A stretch of DNA of 63,864 bases, counting the filler, from Folioceros fuciformis (taxonomy: Eukaryota), in the NCBI GenBank assembly GCA_049999805.1. It is 6 parts of 6 records of this genome, joined end to end, with 100 filler letters (N's around TTAATTAATTAA, not from the genome) between each part and the next. Parts side by side here need not be neighbours in the genome. Positions count along the whole stretch, not along the records: positions 1 to 27,484 come from JBNGIO010006348.1; 5 more parts are not named here. One strand, written 5' to 3'. The notes under the pieces were generated by a model. It worked only from the letters and a program-made list of their open reading frames with translations. It was not told the origin of the DNA and ran no database searches. This document shows positions 12,867 through 25,840 of the stretch, piece after piece. Positions within the stretch are counted from its first letter, which is position 1; the number at the start of each line of letters is the position of its first letter. A program made the position numbers and the translations under genes.

Positions 12867-14792
12867 TCACAACCACGATGCATCCATGCTGCTTTTGTGG
12901 AGCTGAAATGCAGGATTCACCCATGCCCCGCAGCTGCACTGCATTCCAGCCCAGTGGAAGTTACCAAGCTTGGCTTGGCAGTTTGCGCAGTTCAGCTTAC
13001 CAGAAGTAGCCCCTTCTTCGAACACTGTCAAAGAGACAAGAACAGGTCTGATGCTCAACCTTCTAGTTGAGGACAAACAGAAATGACTGTCCTCAAGGAG
13101 TGGGTGTATTTACCTGGGTTCATCCATTGTATGGGCTCAACAAAGATTGAAGAGCACAATGGCATGCTAACATCATCTCCTGGCTTCTTCACTCGTTTCC
13201 TCAAATTTAAGTAGAAGACGCCGCTCCCGGACTCATGCATAATGACGTTGCTCTTCGATGCAACCAATCTCCGACATTTCTTGCACCGGTAAACTGTGAA
13301 TGGCTTTGTTTCCGATCCGTTTGGATCACCTCTCAAAGTGGTCGAATCAACATCTTGAAGCTCACCAGGGTCTGGGGCGCAGCTGGACGGGTCTATCCTT
13401 GCACCCCTAGCGTGAGCTTCACCTGACAGACAGGGTGACAGAGGGTGAGAGCTTTCATCGGACAATTCAGCAGGTCACAGAAAAATATTGTGGGTGTGCT
13501 CACCTAAGTTCTCCAGGCGGAACTGCTTGTAGGTCGGGCTTTGGCGATCTATGACGAAACCCATCTCTTGAAACATATTCAGCTTGGGGGGGACACAGGC
13601 AAATGGGAATGATCAGGGCTAAAGATTAAGTCATGTTCCTCGCGTCAAGGGCATGACGAGTTCAGCCAGCTGCGTCTAGGCGAACTCATATTGAGATGGT
13701 GACCTGACCGCAGTGGCAGTGCAAGGAAAATGCAAAGACAAGGACAGGACACTGATTGGGGTCACATTCCAGCCACGGAAGCTAGACCCTCTACGCCTAC
13801 GTTGCCAGAAACGTTGGGTGGATTCTCCACAATTCTATGCTTCTGGAAAATCGCCTAGAACCAAGGTATGCATCCCATCCTCAAAACATAGTACTACCCC
13901 GCACATTTGTTATCAGCATGGCATCGTCTCATGATTGCATACAATCCACTTTCTCCATGCATTCCAACAACATCGTTGCGAAGGGTCAAACCATTCATCA
14001 TGCATAAATAGTTATGGCGTTCTGATGAAGGGCTTCCCCATGCATAATTCACAAGGGTTACCTGCTGCCAGAAGCCGAGATTAGGGCAGATACCGCTACT
14101 GACTTCTTTCAGGGATTTGTGTGCATCTGTAAAGACAACAAGGAGCTTCCGTAAGGTGATACTGGATCGGAGCGAATCTGATTCCGTTGTGCCGATCCCG
14201 GGATGCAGAGACATGAAGTAAGCAGACAACTGTGGCACAACTAGGCTTTGGGACTAAACTGCTCCTTGAGTGCGTACCTTCCAATTTTAAGCGCTCACTC
14301 TTCATCAGGTACGCTATCACAACCGCAGCACTGCATTGAAAAGACAGCTATGTACAGCAACCCCCTTGCACGTGAGGACAGTGAAAGAACAGAATTTGCG
14401 GCACTTCGATTGTCTAACCTCCGAGATACGCCTGCTAAGCAATGTACCAGCACAGAACCAGATCCCCTCGCCATCTCAATAAACTCCAAGCACACTTCCA
14501 GGTTGTCCAGCAGATTTTGGGTATCGACATCTCGCAGTGGCACGTTCATGCTGACGATTTTGGGTCCTGACCCATGGGCAGACGCAGTTGCCGGTGTATC
14601 ACTGCTGCTGCGTGATGTTTCTTCTACCCTGGGGTCGAGGACAGGATATGGAGCAACTTTGCGGCCATTGGACAGTTTCTGAGCAGGTGGAATGAGACTG
14701 AGCACGTGAGTGATCTGTGTCTCGGACGCTGTCAGCACTGCCTGTGCATCCTCAATATCTCCGATGTAGAGGCGTTCTCGAACTTGCTTCAT
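12867..14792 (-). CDS. DUSP12: Dual-specificity phosphatase of the DUSP12/YVH1 type with C-terminal zinc-binding domain (multi-exon)
   Basis: LYIGD, catalytic VHCLAGVSR, YRCKKCRR, CSSIFVEP, GKLNCANCQAKLGNFHWAGMQCSCGAWVNPAFQLHKS. Confidence 0.9.
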
Positions 14793-17700
14793 TTCTTCCT
14801 TGGCTGTTTAACCATTCAGCAACTTCACTCAGAGACTCAAAAAGTCATCACCTCGGTCAGAAGGAGCCTAGCGAACCTCTTTCAAACAAACTTGTGCGTC
14901 ATGCAGGTCTTGTGTACTTCCACAATAGCTAGCAGTTCTCTCCTCTACTTATTGTCACTCAGATGCGCCGCCCAGAGCAGCCAATCAGGCCCGATCCAGC
15001 CTCAAGAAGTCATCGCGGCTCTCACCCTCTCAGGCAGACTTCTCACTCGTTCAGCTCGCAACGGCCCCCCTTGAAATAGTTTCTCAGATTCCTGGTACCG
15101 AGACCCGCTTTTATGCTGATGTTGATGACAGTAGGTACTGGGTACCGTCGATACAACCTGCTGACAAGTTGCCCAACAGAATATCATTATATACTTGGTA
15201 ACTGATTAAAGAAGTGCGCCAGATTGCTTTTCGAATTGGAAGTGACCTAAATCCGTGTTGGTATGTGGAAGGGATTGACGATGAGGAGCATCCAGACTGC
15301 GGCTTAAGCTTCTCATGGAAACAGAGATGTTTTGGGTGAAGGAAGTGAGACATGAGGTGTATGCCAGATCCACCTCCTTCCATGTGCTGGCTGAAGGAGG
15401 CTGGCTCACAGCTACAGGCACGATGCCGTTGTGGACACTGTCACTAGCAGAAAACCATGGTAGCAGGTCCCAGTCCCACGCAAAGAAGCAAGCGCTCATC
15501 ATCTGGAGCTGGTTTTGTTGTACCCGGAGGAAGCTATCCATCCACACTGCGTTTATTCACTGCCTCTACTGCTCCGGTAGGTGTGACATGTACGACCAAT
15601 CCATTTGCAGGTCGCCATGGGCGGCCCCCACTAGTGGCTGTTTGCGTTTGAGCCTTTCCTTTCCAGGTGCGCTTTCTTATCAGCAGGGAATGGTCCTGGT
15701 TTGCTTACAGGTGCTCTCCACCGATTAGATGTCGGCTTGTGGCCTGGTTGCGTGCAGCATGGTCCGGCCGCCCAGGACCTCTCCACACCCATGACAAAAG
15801 TTGTCTCCCTAGTGGGGACCAATCTGACCATCTCACCTTAATTTGGAAAATGCTGATTATATTATAGAATAGTTAGTTAGGCCCTCAACCCTGATCATTC
15901 ACTACCCTTAAAACTGACTGGTCTGACCTTGCTAGTTATCATATTCACAAAGCTCCTTCCCAACTACATCTTAATCAATAATTACTTTACTTGGGAAAAG
16001 CAAGATAGGAAACCATCTATAGGAAACCCATCTACCCCAAGAGCCATTGTGAACCAACCACTCGAGAAAACCAAGATGGAAACCCATCTATCCTCAAAGA
16101 AGTGAGAACCAAGATGGAACCCATCTACCCCTAGAGGAGTGAGGACCAAGATGGAAACCCATCTACCCAAAATATGCCCATTTAGGCCCATGTGTTTGCT
16201 CTAACATGATTAGAGCAAACACACAAACACTTAGAACGCCATAATTATCCACCTTTAAATTATGATGATTTTTATTATCAATTCATGATAATTTAAGGGT
16301 TATAACACTTCATTGTCCCCATGATGCGTTGATATGCATCCACTCATGCGCTTGTTGTTTTAAGTTGGAACAAGATATGCATGGTCCATAATTTTGGAAG
16401 GATGGCACAAAATAAAAATGCCTTTATCAACTACCTTCAACTTAGCGTCCTAGACATACATGTGCAAAGCTTGCTATTCATCAATCACTATCCAAAATTA
16501 AAAAAAAAACCCCTTTTATATTTTCTTGCACTTGTTAAATATTTACTTTTATAACTATTCCTTTTCCACAAGTATTACCTTTTTATAAAATTTTCTTTTA
16601 CTTTAATTACACGGTCCTCCAAGGAATAACAAACTCTTACATCATCCTCGTTTATAGAGCTAGAAAAATCCAAGTGTGGAACTTCGATATATGCTTCTCA
16701 TTCAGATAATAAATGAGCACTAGTACTTATTTAAGTTAGGCTTAAAAAATAAATTTGATCATAATTATACTTATTTTTATTATATCAATTAGGGCTCGAT
16801 GATTTGGTTCGTTTGGTGATCTTCTTACTTCTTTAGGAGTAGATAAATTTCTCATCTTATTTTTCTATCTATGGAATCGTTTTATTAAATATAAATATAA
16901 TTAATACTATATTTAATATATATAATTAAAGTGTATAATTATGGATCCCATCTTTTGATGGGACGCACGAGGAGGGTCGTGGACTGTGCATATTGGCTAT
17001 AGAAGGATTGAAAAGGGGATGCCTGATTTGGAAAACAAAGCGTGGTTAAACCGTCTAAATCAAACTCATCATTTGAGAATCTTAGATTACGTCTGTTCTG
17101 ATTTTCCCACACAGCCAAAGGGGTGCCGGGGTTTGTTCCTCTACCACTGGCGAACCGGTTTACGGAACCTGAATGGACACGAAACCTTGTCCAACAATCG
17201 TGTGGGCTTGGTTGTTGCTCCAATGACAAGCATTGGTGCTTGTCATCCAGATCCCGTCTCTCCTTCCAGGAATGCGACCCAGGTTGAAGCTCCCCACGTG
17301 TAGCTCCCATGGCGAAGCCTGCTGTTTGGAGTGGGCCGTTAACCCTTCACGTATTTGTGCGCCTGATGTCGTGCATGCAGCTGGGAACTTGCCTGTTCCT
17401 CGGAAGCTGAGCCGTCCAACGGGAAGCACATGAAGGGACGGACTCAGGACAAAAGGCATTTTCATAAGGACCATGACACATGTTGCCTGCTTGAGGCCCA
17501 GGGTGTGGGACAAGGAAAGGGGTGCTGTAGAGGAGCATCAGTCTGGGTATAGGGCTGCTTTCCGATTCCGTTGTGGCATACAGGTTAGAAGCTGGACTTG
17601 AAAACGAAAGGAAGGGAAACCTGTCCCGTAAGAGACTAGGGTTCGCTGAAGCAGGTCCTGTAACACTGTCGCTTGACAACAACTGTGATGCACCCTTTCC

Positions 17701-18185
17701 AAAAAGTTCAGCCCGACTCCAGGACTCGCTAAGGCGGTCACGAAGTGTTCCTCCCCCTTCAGTTTGTGTACACGAGTTGCCTGGACGTGATGAGGCTCAG
17801 AAAGCACTGGCTTTCTCGGAGGTGAAATGTGGACCAACGGCGATGGCTTGATGTGAGATCTTTTCTATAAGAACCTGACTCCACCTTAAAGCCTCCCTGC
17901 ACAGCTTTGATCGGATAGCAATGTCAGCCTGTGAGCGTCATCGGCAAATTGAATGCATCAAGCGAAAGAAAAACTGAGGGAATCCTGATCAACTGCTGAA
18001 ATTGAACCAAGTTCCCTGTTTCATGGGGGTAATTCCCTTATTCTTGGACAGTACCTCTGTGTGTGCCTGGATACGCAGATCCACAGATCTGCCACTCTGC
18101 TCACGAGCTACTGAATAGCTGCCTGTGCTTGGATAAGCACAGCTGCGTGCTTTCAACGTTTGTCAGACGAAAGCATTGTGTCAAG

Positions 18186-21164
18186 TTATCCTTCTAGGTT
18201 TTTCTTCTGAGTGCATAGCCTGTTCCGCGCTGTCGCTATCCTTTCATCATGTATGTTCCCAGAATGGAGCACCTGCCTGTCTTTCTCGATTTTCAAAACA
18301 AGCTGCTTGAGCGTAGCATATATACTTTCCCCCTCCGGATGTTGTTGATCCCCAACGAAAAAACTATGCACCAGCCCGTCCATGTCAGTCCACCAGCTCT
18401 GGCCTGCCTGCTTCCAGGCTCCGATTCGTGTTCTCTTAGCCTGCATCTCCTGTGCCTCCAACAACATCTGGGAACTGGTGTATATGTTTGACATCAACAC
18501 GTACGCTGCCGGGTCCATTTCGTCCAGCTTCACTGCTTCTTCGAAAGCATGGCGACCGACCTCCAAGTTGCCCCACTTTCGACAAGCAGCTAATAGAGTG
18601 TGCCAGACGGCGACATCAGGTTGGAAAGGCATGGTCCGTACCAAAGCTAGTGCCTCGTCCAGTCGGCCAGCACGACCCAGGAGATCAACCATGCACGTGT
18701 AGTGCTCCATGGTGGGAGTGATGGCAAACTTTCTGCTCATAGCCTCAAAATGCTCTCGCCCCTTCTCCACCAGGCCCACATGACTGCATACTCTCAGTAA
18801 ACAAAGGAATGTCACGCTGTCCGGCTGGACGCCATCCCTTCTCATTCTGTGAAACAAGTTGAAAACCACTTCACTGTCTCCTTGACGGGAGTATCCTGCA
18901 ATCAGTGCATTCCAGGCGCCGATGTCTTTTTCCAGCATTGCCTCAAACACTTGCTGGGCATGAACCATGCTCCCAGACCTTGCATACATATTTATCAAAG
19001 CGAGTGCAACAAGTGCATCACCTTGGACCCCTTGTTGTTCAATCTGCGCATGAAGCTCCCTGCCTACATGCAAAGCTGCCACATTTGCGCATGCCTGCAG
19101 GACGCAAACAAATGTCACAGAGGAAGGCACAACGGTGCCTCCTTCCTGCAGGGCCCTGTACAGACGAAGTGCTTCCTGCCCCATTCCCTGCTGAGAGTAT
19201 CCTGTTATCATGGCATTCCAGGATACCACAGTTTTTTGGCCAAGTCCATCAAAAACGCCCTGAGCATCCTCCATGCTGCCACACTTTGCATACATGTTCA
19301 CCAAACTGTTGGCCACATAAACATCAGCCTGAAGTCCTTGCTCTTCAATGTGCAAATGAAGCTGCTTCCCCTGCTGCAAAGCTGGGACACCCATAGTTGC
19401 GCACGCCTGCAGGAGGCACACGAATGTCACGGCATCAGGTGCGGCGTTGTTCTCTTCGTGCATACGAGTGTAAAGATGAAGAGCTTCCTGACCCATACCC
19501 TGCTGGGAATATCCTGCGATCATGGCGTTCCAAGTGACTACGTCTTTCCGAGAAAGCTTATGAAACACTCTCTCCCCTTCTTCCAAGCTGCCACACTTTG
19601 CATACATGCTCACCAAACCATTTGATATAATCACATCACCTTCAAGTCCTAGGTCTCTGATCTGTGCATGAAGCTGCCTCCCCTTCTCCAAAGCTAGATA
19701 GCCCTTGGTTACACAAGCCTGGAGGAGGCACACAAATGACACAGCATTAGGAGCGGCAATGCCTTCTTCTTGCATAGTATTGTAAAGACAAAGGGCTTCT
19801 CCACCCATGCCATGATGGGAATATCCTGCTATCATGGCATTCCACGTCACCACATCTCTTTGAGGAACCTCGTCGAATAGCCTTTGAGCTTCTTCCAGGC
19901 TGCCACACTTTGCATACATGTTGATCAAACTATTTGCTACATAAATGTCAGCTTGGAGTCCGCGTTCTCCAATGTGTGCATGAAGCTCCTTCCCCTTTTC
20001 CAGAGCTGGAGTGCCCACAGCTGCACAAGCCTGCAGGAGACACACAAATGTGACAGCAGTAGGTGCAGTGATGCCTTCTTGTTCCATGGCCTCATATAAG
20101 CGAAAGGCTTCCTGCCCCATTCCCTGCTGAGAATATCCAGCTATCATAGCATTCCATGTGACGACATCCTTGTGAGGAAGCCCGTCAAACACTCCCTGAG
20201 CATCTTTGAGGCTGCCACACTTTGCATACATATTCACCAAACTGTTGGCGACAGCCACATCCGCCTGAAGGCCTCTTCCTCCAATCTCTCCATGAAGCTG
20301 CTTCCCCTTCTCCAAAGCAGAGGCACCCACACCTGCACATGCCTGCAGGAGGCTAACAAAGGTGACAGAAGTGGGTACAGCAATTCCTTCTTGTTGCATA
20401 GCACTGTAAAGCCGAAGGGCCTCTTGACCCATGCCATGCTGGGAATATCCTGATATAAGAGCTGTCCACGTCACAACATTTTTCCCCCCCAGGCCGTCAA
20501 ACACTCTTTGAGCATCCTCTAGGCTGCCACACTTTGCGTACATGTCCACTAATCCAGTAGAAACAAACAGACCAGGCTCGACCCCAGTGGCCAACACATC
20601 AGCATGCACCAGCTGCCCAGCTTCCAGGACTGCTCCCCGGGCACAAGCCTGCAGGGCTGCTACAAACACATGAGCATCTGGCTTCACACTCGACCTGCGC
20701 ATCTGATGATACAGTTGTATGGCCTCCCTATCTTGTCTGTGCTTGACATGCGCCGAAATGATGGCAGACCACGTGAAGGAATCTGGGTTAGCAACCGTTC
20801 TGAATACATCCATGGCTTCTTGCAACATGGCATGAGAATCGTACATCCGCAGGATGTGGTTGCACAAAAATGTGTCCGCCTCAGAACCATTCCTCACAAT
20901 AAGAGCATGGACACGGCGACCCAGGACCGCATCCTTCCCACATTTCGAAAGGACTGTACACAGCAAAGAGTGAGAAACAAGACATTCTGTCTGCACCAAA
21001 ACACCCAGAGCCTCCGCAACCTCTACGAGCTGCCCCTGCTCACATAACATGCTCACAGTTTCAGCTGTGACGCGCCTTTCGTATCCTGCAGCCCTGCAAG
21101 AGTGAGGAGTGGGAACAAGACCATCCCGCAAGCTCCCGTTAGATGGCCAAACACAAGTCTCCAT
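18186..21164 (-). CDS. Intronless PLS-class PPR protein with E domains and a truncated WW-type DYW start (no in-frame catalytic HxE/CxxC)
   Basis: 992-aa ORF of P-L-S triplets, E1/E2, KQAGQSWW...VHSFFVGDQQHP, then stop. Confidence 0.92.
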   Translation of the reverse strand: METCVWPSNGSLRDGLVPTPHSCRAAGYERRVTAETVSMLCEQGQLVEVAEALGVLVQTECLVSHSLLCTVLSKCGKDAVLGRRVHALIVRNGSEADTFLCNHILRMYDSHAMLQEAMDVFRTVANPDSFTWSAIISAHVKHRQDREAIQLYHQMRRSSVKPDAHVFVAALQACARGAVLEAGQLVHADVLATGVEPGLFVSTGLVDMYAKCGSLEDAQRVFDGLGGKNVVTWTALISGYSQHGMGQEALRLYSAMQQEGIAVPTSVTFVSLLQACAGVGASALEKGKQLHGEIGGRGLQADVAVANSLVNMYAKCGSLKDAQGVFDGLPHKDVVTWNAMIAGYSQQGMGQEAFRLYEAMEQEGITAPTAVTFVCLLQACAAVGTPALEKGKELHAHIGERGLQADIYVANSLINMYAKCGSLEEAQRLFDEVPQRDVVTWNAMIAGYSHHGMGGEALCLYNTMQEEGIAAPNAVSFVCLLQACVTKGYLALEKGRQLHAQIRDLGLEGDVIISNGLVSMYAKCGSLEEGERVFHKLSRKDVVTWNAMIAGYSQQGMGQEALHLYTRMHEENNAAPDAVTFVCLLQACATMGVPALQQGKQLHLHIEEQGLQADVYVANSLVNMYAKCGSMEDAQGVFDGLGQKTVVSWNAMITGYSQQGMGQEALRLYRALQEGGTVVPSSVTFVCVLQACANVAALHVGRELHAQIEQQGVQGDALVALALINMYARSGSMVHAQQVFEAMLEKDIGAWNALIAGYSRQGDSEVVFNLFHRMRRDGVQPDSVTFLCLLRVCSHVGLVEKGREHFEAMSRKFAITPTMEHYTCMVDLLGRAGRLDEALALVRTMPFQPDVAVWHTLLAACRKWGNLEVGRHAFEEAVKLDEMDPAAYVLMSNIYTSSQMLLEAQEMQAKRTRIGAWKQAGQSWWTDMDGLVHSFFVGDQQHPEGESIYATLKQLVLKIEKDRQVLHSGNIHDERIATARNRLCTQKKNLEG

Positions 21165-23134
21165 ACTGGTAAGCCACTGTACTCCTGGGTCTCCCCGTCC
21201 TGGAGATCAGAAATTCAATTGGGGGTGTGAATGTCACTCGTGATGTCAACCCGTCGACAAGAGTGTGCATGGGGCAAAATGATATGCATATTCTCTTCAA
21301 CCGGTGCCACCAGAATCAACGAGCTGTGGTGCGTGGTTTGGCCCTTGTCGGTGCAACGCCAACACTCGGAGATCAGCAGGAGCTGCTTGTCTTGCGATGA
21401 GCAAGAAAAGACACATTTTCTGAAGACACTGCTGTCACTCGAGGTGGCAGGCTCTGCGTGTTAACAACAACGATAGCGTCTCCTCGGCAACGGACAACTC
21501 CGTCACCATAGATTTTCTACATCGATCACCGTCCACAGAAGAGGTTCGCAGCAGGAGGGCCTACACTGCTCAAAATCATGCTCGGTCTGTCCCACAATGG
21601 TCACGCTCGTATCGGACATCACCATCTCAGTCAGACAAGGTGCTCAGCTGACCAGTTGCCTAGTTGACAGACTAAGGACTCACCTTCTCGGCACGTCATC
21701 TACCAAGATGCTCGAGCTTCTTGTCACAGGGGTAGACAGTTACTCAACCAGAAGCCGTCCTAAAATGTCTGCCTTCAATCAGGCAATCTTATTGGGTCCA
21801 GTTTGCCGTCACAGCAGCCAGAATGGAGCTAAAGGAGGGACAACCATATATGTCTAAGTCCAAGCAAGTTGGTGCTATTACCATTCCTTCGAAATGATGC
21901 ACATCCTCTGGCTCGTATTTCCGATCTCTGACTGTAGTGTCTACAAAAAGGACGATTCCGGTCTGGACAACTCAGGGCAAGAGCAATATGTGCGGAATGA
22001 TACGACAACAGAATCTGATCACTCACCAGCCTCGTCGAATCAGTTTTGTCCCTCACTTTGTGCTCTTCTTCTGTCTTCATGCTCTTCCCCCAATCCTCGC
22101 TCTCTGGCCTCAGAGTTGGCCATTCCCTTCCTGTCCTCAGAGAAGAGGAAGAATCCAGTCAGCTTCCAAAACAAAAACGACTCAATACTCAACAAAATCT
22201 TAAAACTGGCTCTCGCACCATTTATGAGACATTTTGCATTTTCTCGCAAAGAGTGTAGGCACCGGAGCTTTCGAGAAGGGGAAGAGGGGGAAGCAGCTTC
22301 ATCCACTAACTGAGACCGTGGGCTTCAGGCTGATGTGTCTGTATCCAACACCATGTGTGGCAGCTAAGAAGGTGTGTTTGATCGACCTTCCTAAGACTTC
22401 TAGCAACATGTAATGCCTTGTAAGCAGAATATTGAACTAAGTGGGCACTCCGGATTGGGTGAGCGAGAATCAAGCAGCTCCGTGCACAAGTTAGAGAACA
22501 AGGGCCATAAGTGCAGCCACCAAGCCCATCTCTCACCCTACTCATGTCATGAAGCAGGCCTTAGACTGCATAATGCTACTCACTCCAGACACCCTGCAAA
22601 TTGCCACCACAAAAGCACTCGACCTACAATGCAGCTCGTTGGGCACCCAACAAGGCCGTCTTGTTCAAATTCCTGTCCAAGGAACACAATGCCATGAATG
22701 GACAATGTATGGTATTGGTGAGCTTGACTGCCAAATCTGCTAGTATGGTTAGCCGATAGCAGATGCAAGACCTCTTTGTTGTAAAGTACAATCTGCATGT
22801 TATTGGATGAAGAATCTCCAATGGCTAATATGTTGATGTACATGTATTGTGAGGCTAATGCCCACCACTACTACGCTACCATGGTTTCTCTAAATGAATT
22901 TTGTACAGATCCAAAGTTGTACTTTGCGTTTTTTCTTTGCAAAAAACAAAACCACTATGCAACGAGTAGCACTAGAAATTGGTCTCTTTTGTTCATTTTT
23001 AGTTGTACTTTTGGGCCGGACCACTGTATATATTTTTGGCACTTGTAACACTTGTATAGAAAGTTTCACTGATAGGCTACTTGGCTATGGCAGAAGCTAT
23101 GCTTTGGTGCGGGTGAATGAATGGAACTATGGCA

Positions 23135-23277
23135 AAATAGCATGCTTTAGTGGATATTCTAGAACGATGGTAAGAAGCAATTAGCCACAGCAAAAGCTCC
23201 AGCTAAATAGCATGCTTTAGTGGATACACTAGAATGATGGTAAGAAGCAATTAGCCACAGCAAAAGCTCCAGCTAAT
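23135..23277. repeat. Two-copy 70-bp direct tandem duplication
   Basis: aaatagcatgctttagtggata...gcaaaagctccagct at 23135 and 23205. Confidence 0.85.
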
Positions 23278-23506
23278 TGGAACTAATAGTGGTAAGAAGG
23301 CAAGAAGTTCAGCTATATAAATTAGCGATATGCTAAGCTCAAGTCGTAGCAAGAAGTTTCAACATCTACCTCTTTGAAAAGATTTAATGGAATGTCTTGT
23401 ATACTGTATACTTACGTACTTTCTTTGCTTTGTACGATGCACACATTTTGAGTGGGACCAAGTATGAAATGAATGTCTTCGTTGTTCCTATCATGTATGT
23501 ACGAAC

Positions 23507-24182
23507 AAAAGAGACTGGTGAACAGTCCATGGACCCACACCTTTTTGAGTTGCAATCAGGTAACCATGGACACCCCCTCTATAGATGTGGGGAAACCATG
23601 GACTCACACCTTTTTGAGTAGCAATCAGGTAACCATGGACACCCACCTCTTGTAGATGTGGGGAAACCAAGGACCCACACCTTTTTGAGTTGCAGGTAAC
23701 CATGGACACCCGCCTCTGTAGATGTGGGGAAACCATGGCCCCACACCTTTTTGAGTTGCAATCATGCAACCATGGACACCCACCTCTATAGATGTGGGGA
23801 AACCATGGCCCCACACCTTTTTGAGTTGCAATCATGCAACCATGGACACCCACCTCTATAGATGTGGGGAAACCATGGCCCCACACCTTTTTGAGTTGCA
23901 ATCATNNNNNNNNNNNNNNNNNNNNNNNNNNNNNNNNNNNNNNNNNNNNNNNNNNNNNNNNNNNNNNNNNNNNNNNNNNNNNNNNNNNNNNNNNNNNNNN
24001 NNNNNCCTCTATAGATGTGGGGAAACCAAGGACCCACACCTTTTTGAGTTGCAATCAGGTAACCATGGACACCCACCTCTGTAAAAGTGGGGAAAAAGAG
24101 ACCGGTGAACGAGTCCATGGATCCACACCTTTTTGAGTTGCAATCAGGTAATCATGGACACCCACCTCTGTAGATGTGGGGA
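23507..24182. repeat. ~70-bp tandem satellite with an internal assembly gap
   Basis: Unit approx. ccatggccccacacctttttgagttgcaatcaggtaaccatggacacccacctctatagatgtggggaaa; about 7-8 visible copies. Confidence 0.9.
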
Positions 24183-24229
24183 CAACACGGGAACTTGTAG
24201 GATGGGAGGACATCATGAGAATGGGCTCA

Positions 24230-25385
24230 AGGCCACTAGGTCACTTTCTTGGATGAGGATGCGACCTTCACTACTTTGTTGGATATGACCTTTTCTACTT
24301 TGTTTCCGTAAGATCCCCGATGAAGATGCAACCTTCACTACTTCTTTTTTGTAAGATCCATGTCCTGTAACCAAGATTGAAGTTGCTAGGTCACTCTCTT
24401 GGAAGAGGATGCGACCTTCACTACTTTGTTTCCGTAAGATCCCCGATGAGGATGCAACTTTCACTACTTCTTTTTTGTAAGATCCATGTCCTGTAACCAA
24501 GATTGAAGTTGCTAGGTCACTCTCTTGGAAGAGGATGCGACCTTCACTACTTTGTTTCCGTAAGATCCCCGATGAGGATGCAACTTTCACTACTTCTTTT
24601 TTGTAAGATCCATGTCCTGTAACCAAGATTGANNNNNNNNNNNNNNNNNNNNNNNNNNNNNNNNNNNNNNNNNNNNNNNNNNNNNNNNNNNNNNNNNNNN
24701 NNNNNNNNNNNNNNNNNNNNNNNNNNNNNNNNNNNNNNNNNNNNNNNNNNNNNNNNNNNNNNGACGTTCTCGACTTGGCCGAAGATGCAACCCTTCACCA
24801 CTTGTTTTCCACACTCACGTGGACTTGAATGCAACTTGCATGAGGCCACTGGGTCATTTTCCTAGACTAGGATGCAACTTGCATGGAGCCACACTCTAGG
24901 TCACTCTCTTGGACGAGGATGCAACCTTCACTACGTGTTTTGCACACTCATCTAGACCTAAATGCAACATGCATGGGGCCACTAGGTCATTTATCTATAC
25001 AAGGATGCAACCTGCACAGAAGTCGCTATGTCACTTTCTTAGATGAGGATACAACCTTTACTACTTGTTTTGCACATTACTACTTGTTTTGCACACTCAC
25101 TTGGACCTGAATGCAACTTGCATGGAGTTGCTAGGTCACTTACTTAGAGCATGATGCAACCTTCACAACTTGTGTTTTGTAAGGTCACTCACGCGCAACT
25201 GGATGCAACCCAAGCTTCACTACCTTTGTTTTTCGTAGAGTCAATTTTGTAAGGTCACTTATCCAGACTTGGATGCAATCTTCACAACTCTTGTTCCATG
25301 ACCTTACTTCGACTTGGATGCAACCATCACTACCCTGGTTTTATTAGGTCACTAACCTTCATTGGTATTCAACCTTCGTATTAGT
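24230..25385. repeat. Tandem array of ~42-bp degenerate monomers; homogenised 126-bp higher-order unit at ~24290-24632
   Basis: gctaggtcactctcttgg recurs at 24385 and 24511 (period 126); core gatgcaaccttcactac recurs degenerately to ~25380. Confidence 0.8.
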
Positions 25386-25840
25386 TTTTCCCATAAGGGT
25401 ACTCCCTATCGGGTTCCAAAGCTATTTGTGTGATCGACAGTTCATAGACTGCAGGGGGAAAAATTATAGCGTTCTTTTTGAAGGTTGACAGAATGAATAG
25501 TTTAAAAACACTGGAATTCTCATCGTGCACCGTGCAGGCAAGCCAAACTTGTCGCAGCACGATGCACTAATTCAAATGCCGAAAGAATATAGGCAAGTTC
25601 TTAATACCTGGCTTCTATGTACACCTATCCCTTGCGTGTATCTACAACAGTTGCATCATGCTGTCTGTTGCCGCCCAATGGCGGTTTTGTACAAAACATA
25701 GGGCTAAAAGAATATACAGGAGGAAATATGAGCTGCAAATTCACAGCCCTGTCTTGTTCATTTGTTGCGCGAATCCCAGTCCGATCCTTCGTTCTATCAC
25801 GTTGGATCTCTGCGCTTAACACCCATCTTTGTACTGCATG

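Noticed and set aside
15000-16200. ORFs and short gaaacccatcta repeats upstream of DUSP12
   Set aside because: No protein family recognised; the repeats are short and degenerate.
16939-17900. Possible small gene in a moderately GC-rich stretch
   Set aside because: No recognisable domain and no convincing exon chain.
18382-21047. Antisense ORFs over PPR genes (also 58153-62655)
   Set aside because: Shadow frames of repetitive PPR coding sequence.
21400-22900. Short ORFs upstream of the WW-type PPR gene
   Set aside because: No recognisable motif; could be a gene relic but cannot be supported.
23507-24632. CRISPR-like appearance and repetitive ORFs in the tandem arrays
   Set aside because: No unique spacers, no cas genes and a eukaryotic context; the ORFs are by-products of the repeats.
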